Below are positions 27,170 to 37,597 of a DNA stretch of 64,000 nt, one piece after another. The position numbers and the translations under genes were made by a program. Position 1 is the stretch's first letter. Every line of letters begins with the position of its first letter. The stretch comes from a virus. Its lineage: Duplodnaviria > Caudoviricetes. The notes below the pieces were generated by a model, which worked only from the letters and a program-made list of their open reading frames with translations, was not told where the DNA came from and searched no databases. The stretch spans positions 1,829 through 65,828 of the IMG/VR virus record IMGVR_UViG_3300036851_000198. The stretch is one strand, 5' to 3'.

Positions 27170-28456
27170 ATGGCAAACTCAAGCACTGGAATGAGAGTCG
27201 GAAACGCCGACGGCCCAATCAACGAAAAGGGCTCAGTCGTCAACGAGCCGAACTATCTGGCTCATTGGTCCGACTTCAGCGCAGGCGACGATTTGGAAGA
27301 GAACGAGAAGCTTGTATTTCCGGAGAGCGTATTCACGTACCACCGGATGCGAACCGACCCTCAAGTTCAGGGTTTGCTGACCGGCGCTATCTGGCCGCTA
27401 TTGCGTATGGGTTGGTATCTGAAGCCGAACGGAGCAAAGGACGAAGCTGTCGATAAGATCAGCAAGGACTTGAACCTGCCAATTGCCGATAGCTGGGAAG
27501 ATGTGGGAGAGTTCAACCAGCGTCGAACGCAGAACAGGTTCAACTTCTTGGAACATCTGGAGGCTGCTCTAGAGGCCATTGCCTACGGATTTGAAATATT
27601 TGAGCAGAACGGGTACATCGGCGATGACGGACTGTACCACTACAAGAAGCTCGCGCCGCGACTGCCGCAGACTATCAGCGAGATGAAGGTTGCCAAGGAT
27701 GGCGGGCTGCAATGGGTGAAGCAATGGTACACCGATGCACCCAAGCTCAAGATCGACCGCCTTGTTGTCTACTCCTTCCAGCGACGGGGCGCAAACTGGC
27801 ACGGTCGCTCGATGCTGCGCGGCTGCTACGGGCCCTGGCTTCTCAAGGACCGTGCCATGCGCGTAGGCGTGATGAACATCCAGAGAGCGGGAGTCGGAAC
27901 TCCGGTTGCCCAGGGCTATCCCGGCATGTCAGAAACGGATCTCAAGATCCTGGGTGAGATGGCTAAGAAGTTTATGGCTGGCGACCGTTCCGGCGGGGCA
28001 ATTCCGTATGGCGCATCACTCAAGCTGGTAGGCGTCGAGGGCACCCAGCCGGATACCGTCGGCTTCATCAAGCTCATGAATGAGGAAATGGCGCGCAGCT
28101 TCTTCCAGATGTTCATGCAGCTTGGCCAGACAACAAGCGGTAGCCGGGCGCTTGGACAGACATTCGTGCAGTACCACAAGCTCGTCATCGAGTACATAGC
28201 TCAATGGTTTACCAATATTTTCAACGAGCATGTCATCGAGGACGACATCGAGTGGAACTACGGTCCTGACGAAGAATTTGCGCCGCTCCTTTGTTGGGCA
28301 TGGGATGAACAGGGCAGCGAGGAAAACCCCGAAGGACCGACGGCGGTTGAGAGGCCGTCAACGAAGTGGGATCGCTTGCATGAAAAAGGCAAGCTCGATA
28401 TACCCGGTGACGATGTAGACGCAACGATCGAGATCAGCATGAACGGATCAAGATGA
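27170..28456 (+). CDS. portal protein (Mu gp29/DUF935-like)
   Basis: MRTDPQV, YGFEIFE, GRSMLRGCYGPW, GSRALG. Confidence 0.9.
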   Translation: MANSSTGMRVGNADGPINEKGSVVNEPNYLAHWSDFSAGDDLEENEKLVFPESVFTYHRMRTDPQVQGLLTGAIWPLLRMGWYLKPNGAKDEAVDKISKDLNLPIADSWEDVGEFNQRRTQNRFNFLEHLEAALEAIAYGFEIFEQNGYIGDDGLYHYKKLAPRLPQTISEMKVAKDGGLQWVKQWYTDAPKLKIDRLVVYSFQRRGANWHGRSMLRGCYGPWLLKDRAMRVGVMNIQRAGVGTPVAQGYPGMSETDLKILGEMAKKFMAGDRSGGAIPYGASLKLVGVEGTQPDTVGFIKLMNEEMARSFFQMFMQLGQTTSGSRALGQTFVQYHKLVIEYIAQWFTNIFNEHVIEDDIEWNYGPDEEFAPLLCWAWDEQGSEENPEGPTAVERPSTKWDRLHEKGKLDIPGDDVDATIEISMNGSR

Positions 28457-28496
28457 CAAACTTCGCCGAGCACAACGTGGCCTGTGATCGCGCGAA

Positions 28497-28572
28497 GCGC
28501 CTGCCAACGCGAACAACCGGGGCGTCGGTCGTGTCTGCTCCGCGCCGGGCACTCGGTTGTTCGCTGAGGCGC
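28497..28572 (+). promoter_or_regulatory. long stem-loop upstream of the head module (possible processing or stabilising site)
   Basis: GCGAACAACCG 28509-28519 pairs with CGGTTGTTCGC 28554-28564; SD follows directly. Confidence 0.55.
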
Positions 28573-28580
28573 AGGAGGTA

Positions 28581-28874
28581 ATGATGAGTGGATACAGCAA
28601 TAGCTCCTACTCGATTCAAGGTCAGAAGAACAGACACTCCGATGAGATCGAAGTTGTTCTGGCAAAAACACTTACTACAAAGGCGCGCAAGAAGCTGCCA
28701 AGCTCGGCATTTGTATTCCCCAAGACAAGGCGATACCCTATCCACGACAAGGCTCACGCAATCAATGCGCTAGCTCGGTCGAAGGGCAAGCCCGAAGAGT
28801 CCAAGGTCAGAGCGGCTGTGTGCAAGAAGTATCCGGGCCTTCCAGCGTGCAAATCCAAGAAGGGCAAGAAGTGA
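28581..28874 (+). CDS. small basic head-module protein (DUF6582-like)
   Basis: RKKLPSSAFVFP..RRYPIHDKAHAINALAR. Confidence 0.75.
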   Translation: MMSGYSNSSYSIQGQKNRHSDEIEVVLAKTLTTKARKKLPSSAFVFPKTRRYPIHDKAHAINALARSKGKPEESKVRAAVCKKYPGLPACKSKKGKK

Positions 28875-30046
28875 TGCCGTACAAACTGGCCAGACGTGGT
28901 ACCAAATACTGTGTCGTCAAAGGCAAGGGCGAGATAGTCAAGTGTCACAAGGACAAGAAGTCCGCGCTAAAGCACCTCAAGGCTTTGAAGATCAATGTCA
29001 GCGATGCGCAGGGTGCCGGTCCCCAGCTACAGGTTTCCATCAGCAACGCTATCGCCGCTATGTCTGCAATCGAAGCTCTTCAAGGCGCCAAGCCGCAGCT
29101 GACTACGGTTCCAGACGTTCAGATCGTCAAGACCGGCATCGAATACCCGCTCAGTTCTGGTCCGGCCACTTTCACAAAGGAGGATCTAGCCGATGCCGTC
29201 GCCGCGCAGTATGATCCTTCTGTCCCTCAGCCCCGTATCTGGATCGGTCATTACGACGATGATCGCATTCACGGCAGCAGAGTTCTTGGAACGCCATCTG
29301 GAGAGCCTGCGCTCGGCAAGGTCACCGATATGCGGCTCGAAGATGATGGAAACACAATCTTGGGAAACCTTACTGGTGTTCCGGTGTGGCTGGCAAACAT
29401 TATGTCGTCAGCCTTTCCTAGTCGCTCGATCGAGGGTCGATTCAATATCAAAACTGTAACCGGTCACAGGTGGCGCTTGGTCATCAACGGACTTGCGCTA
29501 CTAGGTGTAGTTTGGCCTGGCGTGACAACGATCGAAGACATTGCTGCTCTGTATACAAAGAAAGGACCAAAGGTAGATGTGACTACTGCAACCCCAGAGA
29601 TGCCGGTGACGATTGTCGCCGCCGCCGATAGACCTGTGGCGGCGCAGGTCACCGTTGAAGATTTGCGTCGTCAGTGGTATGACGCAAATTCAAGTGACCC
29701 CGACAAGAAGTGGTGGTGGATTCGGGGGATCTACCTCTCTCCGAACGAGATGATCATTGATGCTGACGACGGCGGGACTCTGCTCAAGCAGGGCTTCGAC
29801 ATCAAGGGTGAAAAGGTCACATTCGGCAAGGAGAAGAAGGTCAAGATCAAGTACGTCAACGCAGCGCATGGCGGAATCGAAGTCGAGCCGCTCAACGCAG
29901 AAAAGCAGCATGTAGCTCTGTTCGCAAGCAGGGAGGAAAGTCAACCTGAGGAGGATTCAGAAAACACAATCACAGTCGTACTCGGTCGTGCATCTGCCAG
30001 CGGGTCGATGGGCGATACGATCACCGTGAAGCTAGGAAAGGATTAG
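28874..30046 (+). CDS. capsid maturation protease
   Basis: IWIGH, GEPALG, FPSRSIEG, LALLGVVWPGV. Confidence 0.8.
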   Translation: MPYKLARRGTKYCVVKGKGEIVKCHKDKKSALKHLKALKINVSDAQGAGPQLQVSISNAIAAMSAIEALQGAKPQLTTVPDVQIVKTGIEYPLSSGPATFTKEDLADAVAAQYDPSVPQPRIWIGHYDDDRIHGSRVLGTPSGEPALGKVTDMRLEDDGNTILGNLTGVPVWLANIMSSAFPSRSIEGRFNIKTVTGHRWRLVINGLALLGVVWPGVTTIEDIAALYTKKGPKVDVTTATPEMPVTIVAAADRPVAAQVTVEDLRRQWYDANSSDPDKKWWWIRGIYLSPNEMIIDADDGGTLLKQGFDIKGEKVTFGKEKKVKIKYVNAAHGGIEVEPLNAEKQHVALFASREESQPEEDSENTITVVLGRASASGSMGDTITVKLGKD

Positions 30047-30051
30047 AGGCA

Positions 30052-30642
30052 ATGCGCCTTACCTTTGAAGAGGGCGAGCGGGAGTTGGTCGCAGCCCGCC
30101 TCAACCTGGCCGATGACGCCGATGATCAGGCCATCGCCCAGGCAGTAGGAAGTTGGCTCCAGGAGACACCCGGTGAAGGTGGATCTGGTGGAGAAGGTGG
30201 CGAGGGCGGCGAAGGTGGCGGCTCTGGCGACGATGACGATGACGACGCCGACGACGACGCCGACCTGGAAGCGGCAGGCGATGACGTAGTTGTGGTCGAT
30301 GTCGCGGAGTTCAAGAGGCTCCGTAAGCGCGACCGGCTCGCCGGTCAAATCGAAGAGTCCAACCGTCGTCGCGACCGCGATGAGCTGATCGAAGAGGCCA
30401 TCGCTGATGGCAAGTTCGGTCCTGCCCGTCGTCAGCACTACAAGGACCGCTACGACAGCGACTCCGAAGGAACCAAGAAGCTAGTTGCCCGCCTCCAGAA
30501 GAACACAGTTCCTCTGGAAGAGCGAGGCGTCGATGCCCAGACCGACGATGTCGACTCCACGGCGTACCCGACGGAGTGGGTGCCGGAAGTGGCGGCACGG
30601 CATAGCGGTCAGCCCCAGTCACGCGTCCACGGTGAGGAGTAA
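30052..30642 (+). CDS. capsid scaffolding protein
   Basis: acidic and Gly-rich linker, LIEEAIADGKFGPA; position. Confidence 0.75.
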   Translation: MRLTFEEGERELVAARLNLADDADDQAIAQAVGSWLQETPGEGGSGGEGGEGGEGGGSGDDDDDDADDDADLEAAGDDVVVVDVAEFKRLRKRDRLAGQIEESNRRRDRDELIEEAIADGKFGPARRQHYKDRYDSDSEGTKKLVARLQKNTVPLEERGVDAQTDDVDSTAYPTEWVPEVAARHSGQPQSRVHGEE

Positions 30643-30644
30643 TC

Positions 30645-31082
30645 ATGGGTGAGGTAATTGCCAGTTATGATCCTGGCGCGGATATCACGTGTCAGCATAC
30701 CGCAGGCACGGTTGGAGGACGTGGTGTCAGCGTTCCTGCCAGCCGCCACCCCGGCGGTCCTGCCGGGATCAGCGATGCAGCTACGGGCGATGGTCTGCTC
30801 GTTGTCACCGACCCCGCTGCTGGTGCAGCGATCTTCGGTGTCGCGTCTCACGACGTGGCGGCCGCAGGCAAGGTGAACATCATGCGGGCTCCAAAGGTGG
30901 TTCCTATGGAGTGCTCGGCGGCAATCGCAGTTGGTGCGGAAGTGATGGTCGAGGGCGCAGGCAAGGTGCTCACAAGGACGGCAGGCAACACGTCCGTCGG
31001 ACGCGCTCTGTCTGCGACGGCCAATGCCGGTGAGTTCTGCCAGGTCGAGCTGTTTTCCAACGGCGCGCTTCAGCTAAGCTGA
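30645..31082 (+). CDS. head decoration/cement protein (DUF2190-like)
   Basis: IFGVASHDVAA, AAIAVGAEV, VGRALSA. Confidence 0.8.
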   Translation: MGEVIASYDPGADITCQHTAGTVGGRGVSVPASRHPGGPAGISDAATGDGLLVVTDPAAGAAIFGVASHDVAAAGKVNIMRAPKVVPMECSAAIAVGAEVMVEGAGKVLTRTAGNTSVGRALSATANAGEFCQVELFSNGALQLS

Positions 31083-31103
31083 TCAGAAAGGAGTGAAAAA
31101 GAC

Positions 31104-32147
31104 ATGAGTGCAACACTCGTAGCTGTTCAGGAAGAGTTCGTCACCGACGAGGAATCCAAGCAGCGCGTTCATTTCGAGCCTCAGTTCGTGGACCTGGGCG
31201 ATGGTTACATCGCTCTGGCTTCCGGACCGGAGGTTCTGGCTTCGACACCCGCTCAGGTCGCGCACCCTCTGGGACCGCCGACCATCTCGGGTACGAAGAT
31301 CAGCGTCGACACCATGCTCAAGCAGCCGACCCGCATCACACGGATGATCATGGACATGACCCTCCAGAAGTTCGTCGCTGACCGGATCTTCGCATCCGGC
31401 GGCGGCGTGACGGGAGGATCTGTCGTCTACGATTCTGTCGAGGCCAATGACCTCTACACGGAGCGTGACGTCGAGCGCGTCAGCCCGGGCGCCGAGTTCC
31501 CAATCATCACGAGCGCCCGCAGGGTGCCCGGTGTGGCGGAAGTCGAGAAGTGGGGCGGCAAGGTCTGGATCGCAGATGAGGCAAAGGATCGGAATGACTC
31601 GATCCTCTTCACCAACCAGATCCGCCAGCTGGGGAACACGATCGTCAGGAAGATCAACGCTCGTGCCATCCAGACGCTAGAGGCTATGTTCACGGCGCAC
31701 GCAACGCGGGTTGTTGCTTCGCCGAACAACTGGTCAACAGTTACGCCGTATGGCGCGACTCCGACCGCGCCTTCCGCATGGCCTGCTCAGGACTTCGCCA
31801 AGGCGGCGGAAATCGCTGAGACCGACGAGATGGGTATTCGGTATGACCTATGGATCCTGAACCCGACTGACTACACGAATCTTCTGATTCTGTATGGCGG
31901 CGACGGAATCCAGGAGCTACTAAGCACCCTCGGTCTGGAGATTTATGTCACCAACCGCATGACAGCGGGAACGGCGTATGTCGTTGCGCAGCGTCAGGTC
32001 GGACAGATGCGGACTGAGAAGCCGCTCAGTTCGGAGACATGGCGCGAGCCTAACCGCGAGCGGACCTGGGTCCAGGCGAGCGTGCGCCCTTTGATGTTCG
32101 TGGACAACCGTTTCGCTGCTCTCAAGTTCACGAGCATCGCGTCGTAG
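31104..32147 (+). CDS. major capsid protein
   Basis: size and position; ERVSPGAEFP, KWGGKV, RPLMFVDN. Confidence 0.9.
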   Translation: MSATLVAVQEEFVTDEESKQRVHFEPQFVDLGDGYIALASGPEVLASTPAQVAHPLGPPTISGTKISVDTMLKQPTRITRMIMDMTLQKFVADRIFASGGGVTGGSVVYDSVEANDLYTERDVERVSPGAEFPIITSARRVPGVAEVEKWGGKVWIADEAKDRNDSILFTNQIRQLGNTIVRKINARAIQTLEAMFTAHATRVVASPNNWSTVTPYGATPTAPSAWPAQDFAKAAEIAETDEMGIRYDLWILNPTDYTNLLILYGGDGIQELLSTLGLEIYVTNRMTAGTAYVVAQRQVGQMRTEKPLSSETWREPNRERTWVQASVRPLMFVDNRFAALKFTSIAS

Positions 32148-32156
32148 GTTACACAT

Positions 32157-32687
32157 ATGCCAACGGCAAAGGGAACACCCAAAACAACCAAGGTTCGGGT
32201 TCTCGTTCGAGAAGTCGGTTATCAGGGATACGATGAGGATCAACTGGGTAACACCGTCCTAGTCGCTAAGCGCGGTTATGGGCCGGGACAGCCACAGTTG
32301 GAGCCTACTCGCCGCCTGGGACTCGACGCCGATCCTGACTCCAAGAAGTATCAGGAGGCGATCGATCAGTACAAACGCGGCGAGATCATTAGCATCATGA
32401 AGGACGACTATGATAGGCACAAGAAGTATGGTGTCATCATGGATCTCGCCGATGAGCCCGATCCTGAAGAGGAAGCTCTCGAAGAACTCGATGTTGCATC
32501 AGCTTCTGTCGAGGAACTCTCGGAGTGGATCGCCGATGCGAAGCCATCAGTCAATGAAGTTGTCCAGGCAAGTGACGGCGATCCTGATCTGGCTCGCAAG
32601 CTCTTGGATGCTGAGAGTCGCGCCCAGGATGGCTCACCCAGAAAGGGGGTTCTGGACGGCCTGTCCACAGTCATCGGACGGGCATAG
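32157..32687 (+). CDS. hypothetical head-associated protein
   Basis: follows the capsid gene; LLDAE...PRKGVLDGL C-terminal motif. Confidence 0.7.
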   Translation: MPTAKGTPKTTKVRVLVREVGYQGYDEDQLGNTVLVAKRGYGPGQPQLEPTRRLGLDADPDSKKYQEAIDQYKRGEIISIMKDDYDRHKKYGVIMDLADEPDPEEEALEELDVASASVEELSEWIADAKPSVNEVVQASDGDPDLARKLLDAESRAQDGSPRKGVLDGLSTVIGRA

Positions 32688-32697
32688 CGACAAGCAT

Positions 32698-32756
32698 GAG
32701 GGAACCAGTCTGTGGCCTACATATCTTCTCCCTCGGGTTGCAGGCTGGTTCCTTCT
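32698..32756 (+). terminator. long stem-loop after the head genes (terminator or processing site)
   Basis: GGGAACCAGTCTGTGGCCT pairs with GGGTTGCAGGCTGGTTCCT. Confidence 0.6.
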
Positions 32757-32779
32757 GGAGTCCAAATCGGAGCTAGCTA

Positions 32780-33544
32780 ATGGCATTTGTTCTTAGATTT
32801 GAGGATTATCGCCCCAGTCCTCGTGACGACGGAATCAAGTGGGTAACCGCCAGGCTAGAATACTCAAGCTTGTCTGTTGGTCCATTTACTCTGTTCGACT
32901 CAAAGGTCATAGCGAACTATCCGGACGCGCTTGATCCTCCAGAGCTGAGCTTCACAACCGACGACGCACCGCTCACACCTGCATGGTACAGAGTTGTGTT
33001 CGTAGACTCGCTCGGAGGCACGCAGGATACAACTCCATCGTACTTCAAGGGCGGTCCTGCATATCGCCCGTCTACCCGCGACGTTGCACTTCACATCAAG
33101 AATCGAACGATTGATGCGAGCGGCAACTATGTTGGAGACTTCACCGAGGACACCGTCGCCGTTACGGGCGAAGAAGTTGCCGAACTCATACTCAAGGCGG
33201 AAGAGTTTGTTCTTCGGGCACTCGATCAAGATCCGGACGTGGCGATCCCAGACGAGAGCCTCACCGGTGTCCGTAGCCTGATCGCCCTCTTCGCGGCGAT
33301 GCTTGTCGAACTAACGAAGTTCAGCGAACAGGTTGCTCGGGATGCTAGCCCTTACGACAAGCTCAAGGATCTTTTCGATGAGCAGTTGGAAGTTGTTCAA
33401 GTGGACTTGGGTGTAACACCTACGGCCGGTACGATCTCAGGCGCTAGCATGACTGCTTGGTATCTTGTATACCAAGGACAACACGGTACTCCACAGTATG
33501 ATTTTCCCGTAATTCCTGATGTAGGGTGGGGCACCCGCTTTTAG
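32780..33544 (+). CDS. head-tail adaptor
   Basis: position and helical C-terminal half. Confidence 0.65.
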   Translation: MAFVLRFEDYRPSPRDDGIKWVTARLEYSSLSVGPFTLFDSKVIANYPDALDPPELSFTTDDAPLTPAWYRVVFVDSLGGTQDTTPSYFKGGPAYRPSTRDVALHIKNRTIDASGNYVGDFTEDTVAVTGEEVAELILKAEEFVLRALDQDPDVAIPDESLTGVRSLIALFAAMLVELTKFSEQVARDASPYDKLKDLFDEQLEVVQVDLGVTPTAGTISGASMTAWYLVYQGQHGTPQYDFPVIPDVGWGTRF

Positions 33545-33546
33545 TC

Positions 33547-34014
33547 ATGGAATGGATACTTCGATCATATGGCACCAATGCCGCCGAGATGGCTTTGCGG
33601 AATCCCGCCGACCGCAGCGATGAACTGGTGCCCATCCTAGATGTAGTGGGGCGCAGAATGTTGAAGTCGGAGAAGCGTCTGTTTGAGACTAGCGGACGTT
33701 CCGGCGGGCAGCCGTGGGCGGCTTTGAAGCCGATCACCGTCAAGCGCAAGAAGGGCAAGGGTGGCAAGAAGCCACTCATCCGAACGGGCCATGAGATGAA
33801 GAGTTTGTCAGTCAGGGACGCACTGGATAACCTCTACCGGGTAACGCGCTTGTATGTTCTCATCGGATCGACCGCTCCTGGTGTCGAGTATCAGAAAACC
33901 GGCACGCGCAGAATGAAGGCTCGACCGCCGATCATTTTTACCGTGAAGCAGAAGGATGAATGGGTAGGTTTGGTAAACGACTTCATCTTCAGCGGGAACG
34001 TACCCAATGCCTGA
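33547..34014 (+). CDS. virion morphogenesis protein (Mu gpG-like)
   Basis: WAALKPIT, PLIRTG, YQKTGTRRMKARP. Confidence 0.8.
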   Translation: MEWILRSYGTNAAEMALRNPADRSDELVPILDVVGRRMLKSEKRLFETSGRSGGQPWAALKPITVKRKKGKGGKKPLIRTGHEMKSLSVRDALDNLYRVTRLYVLIGSTAPGVEYQKTGTRRMKARPPIIFTVKQKDEWVGLVNDFIFSGNVPNA

Positions 34015-34636
34015 CGAGATTTTCGGACCTGTTCACTCATTCCGCGACTCGGAGGTTGCGCTAGAGAACCACGTCAAGCTCTGGCTCGATACCTTCCTGG
34101 CCCGCCGCGAGCGCGATCGAGATATCGAGCCGGGCACTCTGGCAAGGCCGCGAAGCTACATACCTAAGCAAACCTTCACTGCGCTCCCCGGCGAGGACGT
34201 AACGCCCGCGATCATTATTGTGTCGGATGGCTTCGCTGAAAGTCCCAATCGACACGGCGACGGAAAGTGGGACGTCAAGCTGAGAATGGCAATTGTCGCT
34301 CTGTGTCACGGACCCGAGGCAAGGCTCGCTCGCGACTTGGCTGGCCACTACCAGTACGCATTGACGAACCTCGTGTTGAAGAAGCGAGCGTTCGGTCCTT
34401 GCTCTCTTGACGAATGGCTAGACTTACGATTGGAGGATGTAGACGAAGATCAACAACGTACTCTCTGTGCAGTCAGGATCGAATTGGTGTACGTAGTCAG
34501 AGACTTTGTGGATGATGCGATCAGTCCTCCCGCAGCGCCGGATGATCCGAGTGTGCCGCCGGATGACCCGTATCCGCCACAACCAGATCCGCCGATAGTT
34601 GAAACGCATTCAGAGACAACGGAGGTCATGCAGTGA
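34007..34636 (+). CDS. tail terminator/completion protein
   Basis: position before sheath; PAIIIVSDG. Confidence 0.6.
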   Translation: MPDEIFGPVHSFRDSEVALENHVKLWLDTFLARRERDRDIEPGTLARPRSYIPKQTFTALPGEDVTPAIIIVSDGFAESPNRHGDGKWDVKLRMAIVALCHGPEARLARDLAGHYQYALTNLVLKKRAFGPCSLDEWLDLRLEDVDEDQQRTLCAVRIELVYVVRDFVDDAISPPAAPDDPSVPPDDPYPPQPDPPIVETHSETTEVMQ

Positions 34637-34830
34637 CTAGGTTCTACGGACCGCACGGCACATCAAAGGAGTTTCTGGCATCTGGCGCACCAATTCCAGA
34701 TGGCGACTTCTTCGAGATGACGAAGGAACAAGCTAATGATCCTCACAACAAGAGGCTCATCGAAGAGGGAAAGATCCTGCCTGCGCAGGAAACAAAGAAG
34801 GAAACGACAACAGGAAGCGGTGACGCATGA
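34633..34830 (+). CDS. small pre-sheath protein
   Basis: coupled ORF with LIEEGKIL motif. Confidence 0.6.
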   Translation: MTRFYGPHGTSKEFLASGAPIPDGDFFEMTKEQANDPHNKRLIEEGKILPAQETKKETTTGSGDA

Positions 34831-36314
34831 GGCCAGGCGTAACAATCGAAACTCGGGAGCTTCAGCCTACCACGGCGATCCCGACTGATACTGGCACCGG
34901 CTTCATGGCCGCTGTCGTGGAAGGTGGTCCGATCGCTCTCACGGGCGCGCAGGCCGCGCACAATATGTCTGAGTACGAGGCACTTTGGGCGCACACCAAA
35001 CGCGCATACGTCAACGCAGTTCTGGCATACGACTCAGCCGAAACCTTTTTCAAGGAAGGTGGATCGGTTCTCTACGTCGGCCGTGTGGTAGGTCCCGGCG
35101 CGGTCACGGCATCCGTGATGATCCCGGACAACGTCGCAGCCAACACCCTCCAGGCGCAGGCCAAGGGACCGGGCGACTACGGTAACGACCTAAACGTCGT
35201 CATTCGAACCAACGCTCAGGATGCCAACATTCCGGTCGGTTCATTCCGAGTCAGAGTTCAGACTGACGCGGCAGTTGTCCTGGAAGAGAGCTATGATCTG
35301 CTCGATGACCAGGCGGCTATCGTCTGGGGAAACAATGTGTCGAAATACATCAAGTTCGTTGATCAAGCTTCGACGCTCGATCCGGTGGCGGGAACGTACT
35401 CGCTCGCCTCTGGTACGCTTGACTCTGCTGGCATCACAGATACTCAGTGGCTAGCTGCGCTCGATCGGTTCACATCTGACCTGGGGCCGGGACAGGTGTT
35501 TGCTCCTGGCAGGACAACGTCTGCCGGGCATATTCAGATCGCGAACCACGCACTGGCGAATAACCGCATCGCTGTTCTGGATGGCGCCGACACGGCGGTC
35601 GCCGCAACTCTGATCGCCATGCCTGCCGCAGTCATCGACAGCGGTGCCCGGCGCAGCCGGTTCTCTGGCATATTCGCTCCGTGGTTGAACATCACGGGCC
35701 TTACTGGCGGAACGTTCAGGGTGGTCCCGCCGTCGCCTGCTGTTGCCGGTTTGATGGCGCGCAACGATGCAGCCGGTCGGAGTCCTAATGATCCGTCTGC
35801 TGGCGAACGCGGTATTTTCAACTCGGTACTAAGTCTGACACAGTCGTATATTGATGCCGACCGCGAGGCTCTGAATACCGCCGGTGTGAATATCATCAGG
35901 GACATCTTCGGAACCAGAAAGGTTTATGGATACCGGACGACTGCTGATCCCGTCAATGACGCTCGCTGGGTCGGACTGGGAAACTCTCGCTTACATCGAG
36001 CGGTTGCCGCGCTTGCATACGCTGTTGGCGAGCGGTTCATCTTCCGTCAGATCGACGGCCAAGGTCGTCTGTTCAACGAGTTCGGCGGCTCCCTCATCGG
36101 CGAGGTGTGTATGCCGTTCTTCCTCGCCGGTTCGTTGTATGGAGAATCGCCGCAGGAAGCGTTCAGCGTAAACGTCGGACCGACCGTGAATACGACGGCT
36201 ACCATCGAGGCAAATGAGATTCACGCAGTCATTACACTGAGGATGTCACCGTTCGGAGAGGAAGTCACCATCGAGATCGTGAAGCTTCTCGTGTCAGAAA
36301 CGATCACGGCGTAA
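34827..36314 (+). CDS. tail sheath protein
   Basis: MRPGVTIE, FFKEGG, VPPSPAVAG, LNTAGVNII, YGYRT. Confidence 0.95.
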   Translation: MRPGVTIETRELQPTTAIPTDTGTGFMAAVVEGGPIALTGAQAAHNMSEYEALWAHTKRAYVNAVLAYDSAETFFKEGGSVLYVGRVVGPGAVTASVMIPDNVAANTLQAQAKGPGDYGNDLNVVIRTNAQDANIPVGSFRVRVQTDAAVVLEESYDLLDDQAAIVWGNNVSKYIKFVDQASTLDPVAGTYSLASGTLDSAGITDTQWLAALDRFTSDLGPGQVFAPGRTTSAGHIQIANHALANNRIAVLDGADTAVAATLIAMPAAVIDSGARRSRFSGIFAPWLNITGLTGGTFRVVPPSPAVAGLMARNDAAGRSPNDPSAGERGIFNSVLSLTQSYIDADREALNTAGVNIIRDIFGTRKVYGYRTTADPVNDARWVGLGNSRLHRAVAALAYAVGERFIFRQIDGQGRLFNEFGGSLIGEVCMPFFLAGSLYGESPQEAFSVNVGPTVNTTATIEANEIHAVITLRMSPFGEEVTIEIVKLLVSETITA

Positions 36315-36327
36315 GGAGGGATGAACG

Positions 36328-36759
36328 ATGCCAGGAACAGTCAGCGCACGCAACCACGAAATCACGGTCAGCGTTTCCCACGCTACCGAGACTCGTGATC
36401 TCGGAGTATTTGACACCTGGGAGGGTGCCAACGTCACGGCAGAGAATACCAAGCATCGACGGGGCGGAATGGGTCCTCAGATCGCGGTCGGCGGTCCGGT
36501 TACGGTCGAGGATCTCACCATCTCGCGGGACTACGATTTGTCTCGCGATCACCAGCACGCCCACTGGTTGTCGGACAAGGTCGGTCGCGCTCGCGTGACC
36601 GCCAAGAAGACATTTTTGGATGAACACGGTGTGGCCTTCGGTCCGCCGATCATTATCACTGGCATCCTCATAGGATACAACCAACCGGCGGGTGATTCCG
36701 ACTCCAGCGATGTAGCTATGGTCGAACTCGTTATCAATCCGGACGGTGCAGTCGCATAG
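36328..36759 (+). CDS. tail tube protein
   Basis: follows sheath; HRRGGMG, LTISR, DSDSSD. Confidence 0.85.
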   Translation: MPGTVSARNHEITVSVSHATETRDLGVFDTWEGANVTAENTKHRRGGMGPQIAVGGPVTVEDLTISRDYDLSRDHQHAHWLSDKVGRARVTAKKTFLDEHGVAFGPPIIITGILIGYNQPAGDSDSSDVAMVELVINPDGAVA

Positions 36760-36779
36760 ACAACAGAAAGGCCACAGAA

Positions 36780-37346
36780 ATGGAAGACACAATCAGCACA
36801 GAGCAGCACGCTGAGCTACCGGAATATGACTCGGTAAATGGTGCTATCGGAGCGAGCCTGCTTCAGCAGGCAGACAAGAGGCGCCTTGAGCGCGAGAGGA
36901 ATCTGTTCCTGGATGTTCCTTCTTGGGACGGCGATTTGGTTGCCGAATACCGGGTCGTCCCCAAGGAGGAACTCAGGCTCATCGCAGAACGCGCCATGCG
37001 CAGAGCAAAGAATAAGGAAAGCCGTGCCATCGAGAACGACATGGATCTGCTTGCTACAGCGAACGTCGGCCTACATGCTCGCGATCCGGAGTCGGGGGAC
37101 CGCGTTCCCATCGAAGATGGCTATGGAATCGTGACATATGGCCGAATCGCTCCTATTCTCGGCAAGGAAGAAGAGATCAAGAGCAACTCCGATGCCATCC
37201 GCTATCTGATGGCGGAGCGCAACAATGATGGTACATGGCAGGAGAACATCGTTGCCATTGGTATTCATGCACAGAGCGTCAGCAGGTGGATGCGCGACCC
37301 GAGCAAGCGCGGCACCAGTCTGGAGGATATGCTGGGGGAATTGTGA
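36780..37346 (+). CDS. tail assembly chaperone
   Basis: between tube and tape measure; ends at a slippery site. Confidence 0.75.
   Translation: MEDTISTEQHAELPEYDSVNGAIGASLLQQADKRRLERERNLFLDVPSWDGDLVAEYRVVPKEELRLIAERAMRRAKNKESRAIENDMDLLATANVGLHARDPESGDRVPIEDGYGIVTYGRIAPILGKEEEIKSNSDAIRYLMAERNNDGTWQENIVAIGIHAQSVSRWMRDPSKRGTSLEDMLGEL
37334..37340 (+). other. programmed -1 frameshift site GGGGGAA
   Basis: G GGG GAA just before the chaperone stop; -1 frame open to 37597; same heptamer as actinophage G/GT chaperones. Confidence 0.75.
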
Positions 37347-37597
37347 GCGATGAGGATCTTGAGTTTGTGGCCCATGCCGCTGCTGCCGGAATAGAGCCTC
37401 TTCAGTTCTTCAAGATCAAGGACGAAATGGAGATGGCGGCACTTCGCCTCGTCGCTATGAAGTCAATAGAAGTAGCCAGGAAGTACCGAGAGGACCAGGC
37501 TCAGCTAATCATTAGCAATCTATCCAAAGCTATGGATCGCGGCAGTAGGCGGTCTGGTGGTAGCCAAAACACGAGTTCAACGAGAACGAGAAACTGA
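37343..37597 (+). CDS. tail assembly chaperone, frameshift extension
   Basis: -1 frame ORF abutting the tape measure start. Confidence 0.7.
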   Translation: MSDEDLEFVAHAAAAGIEPLQFFKIKDEMEMAALRLVAMKSIEVARKYREDQAQLIISNLSKAMDRGSRRSGGSQNTSSTRTRN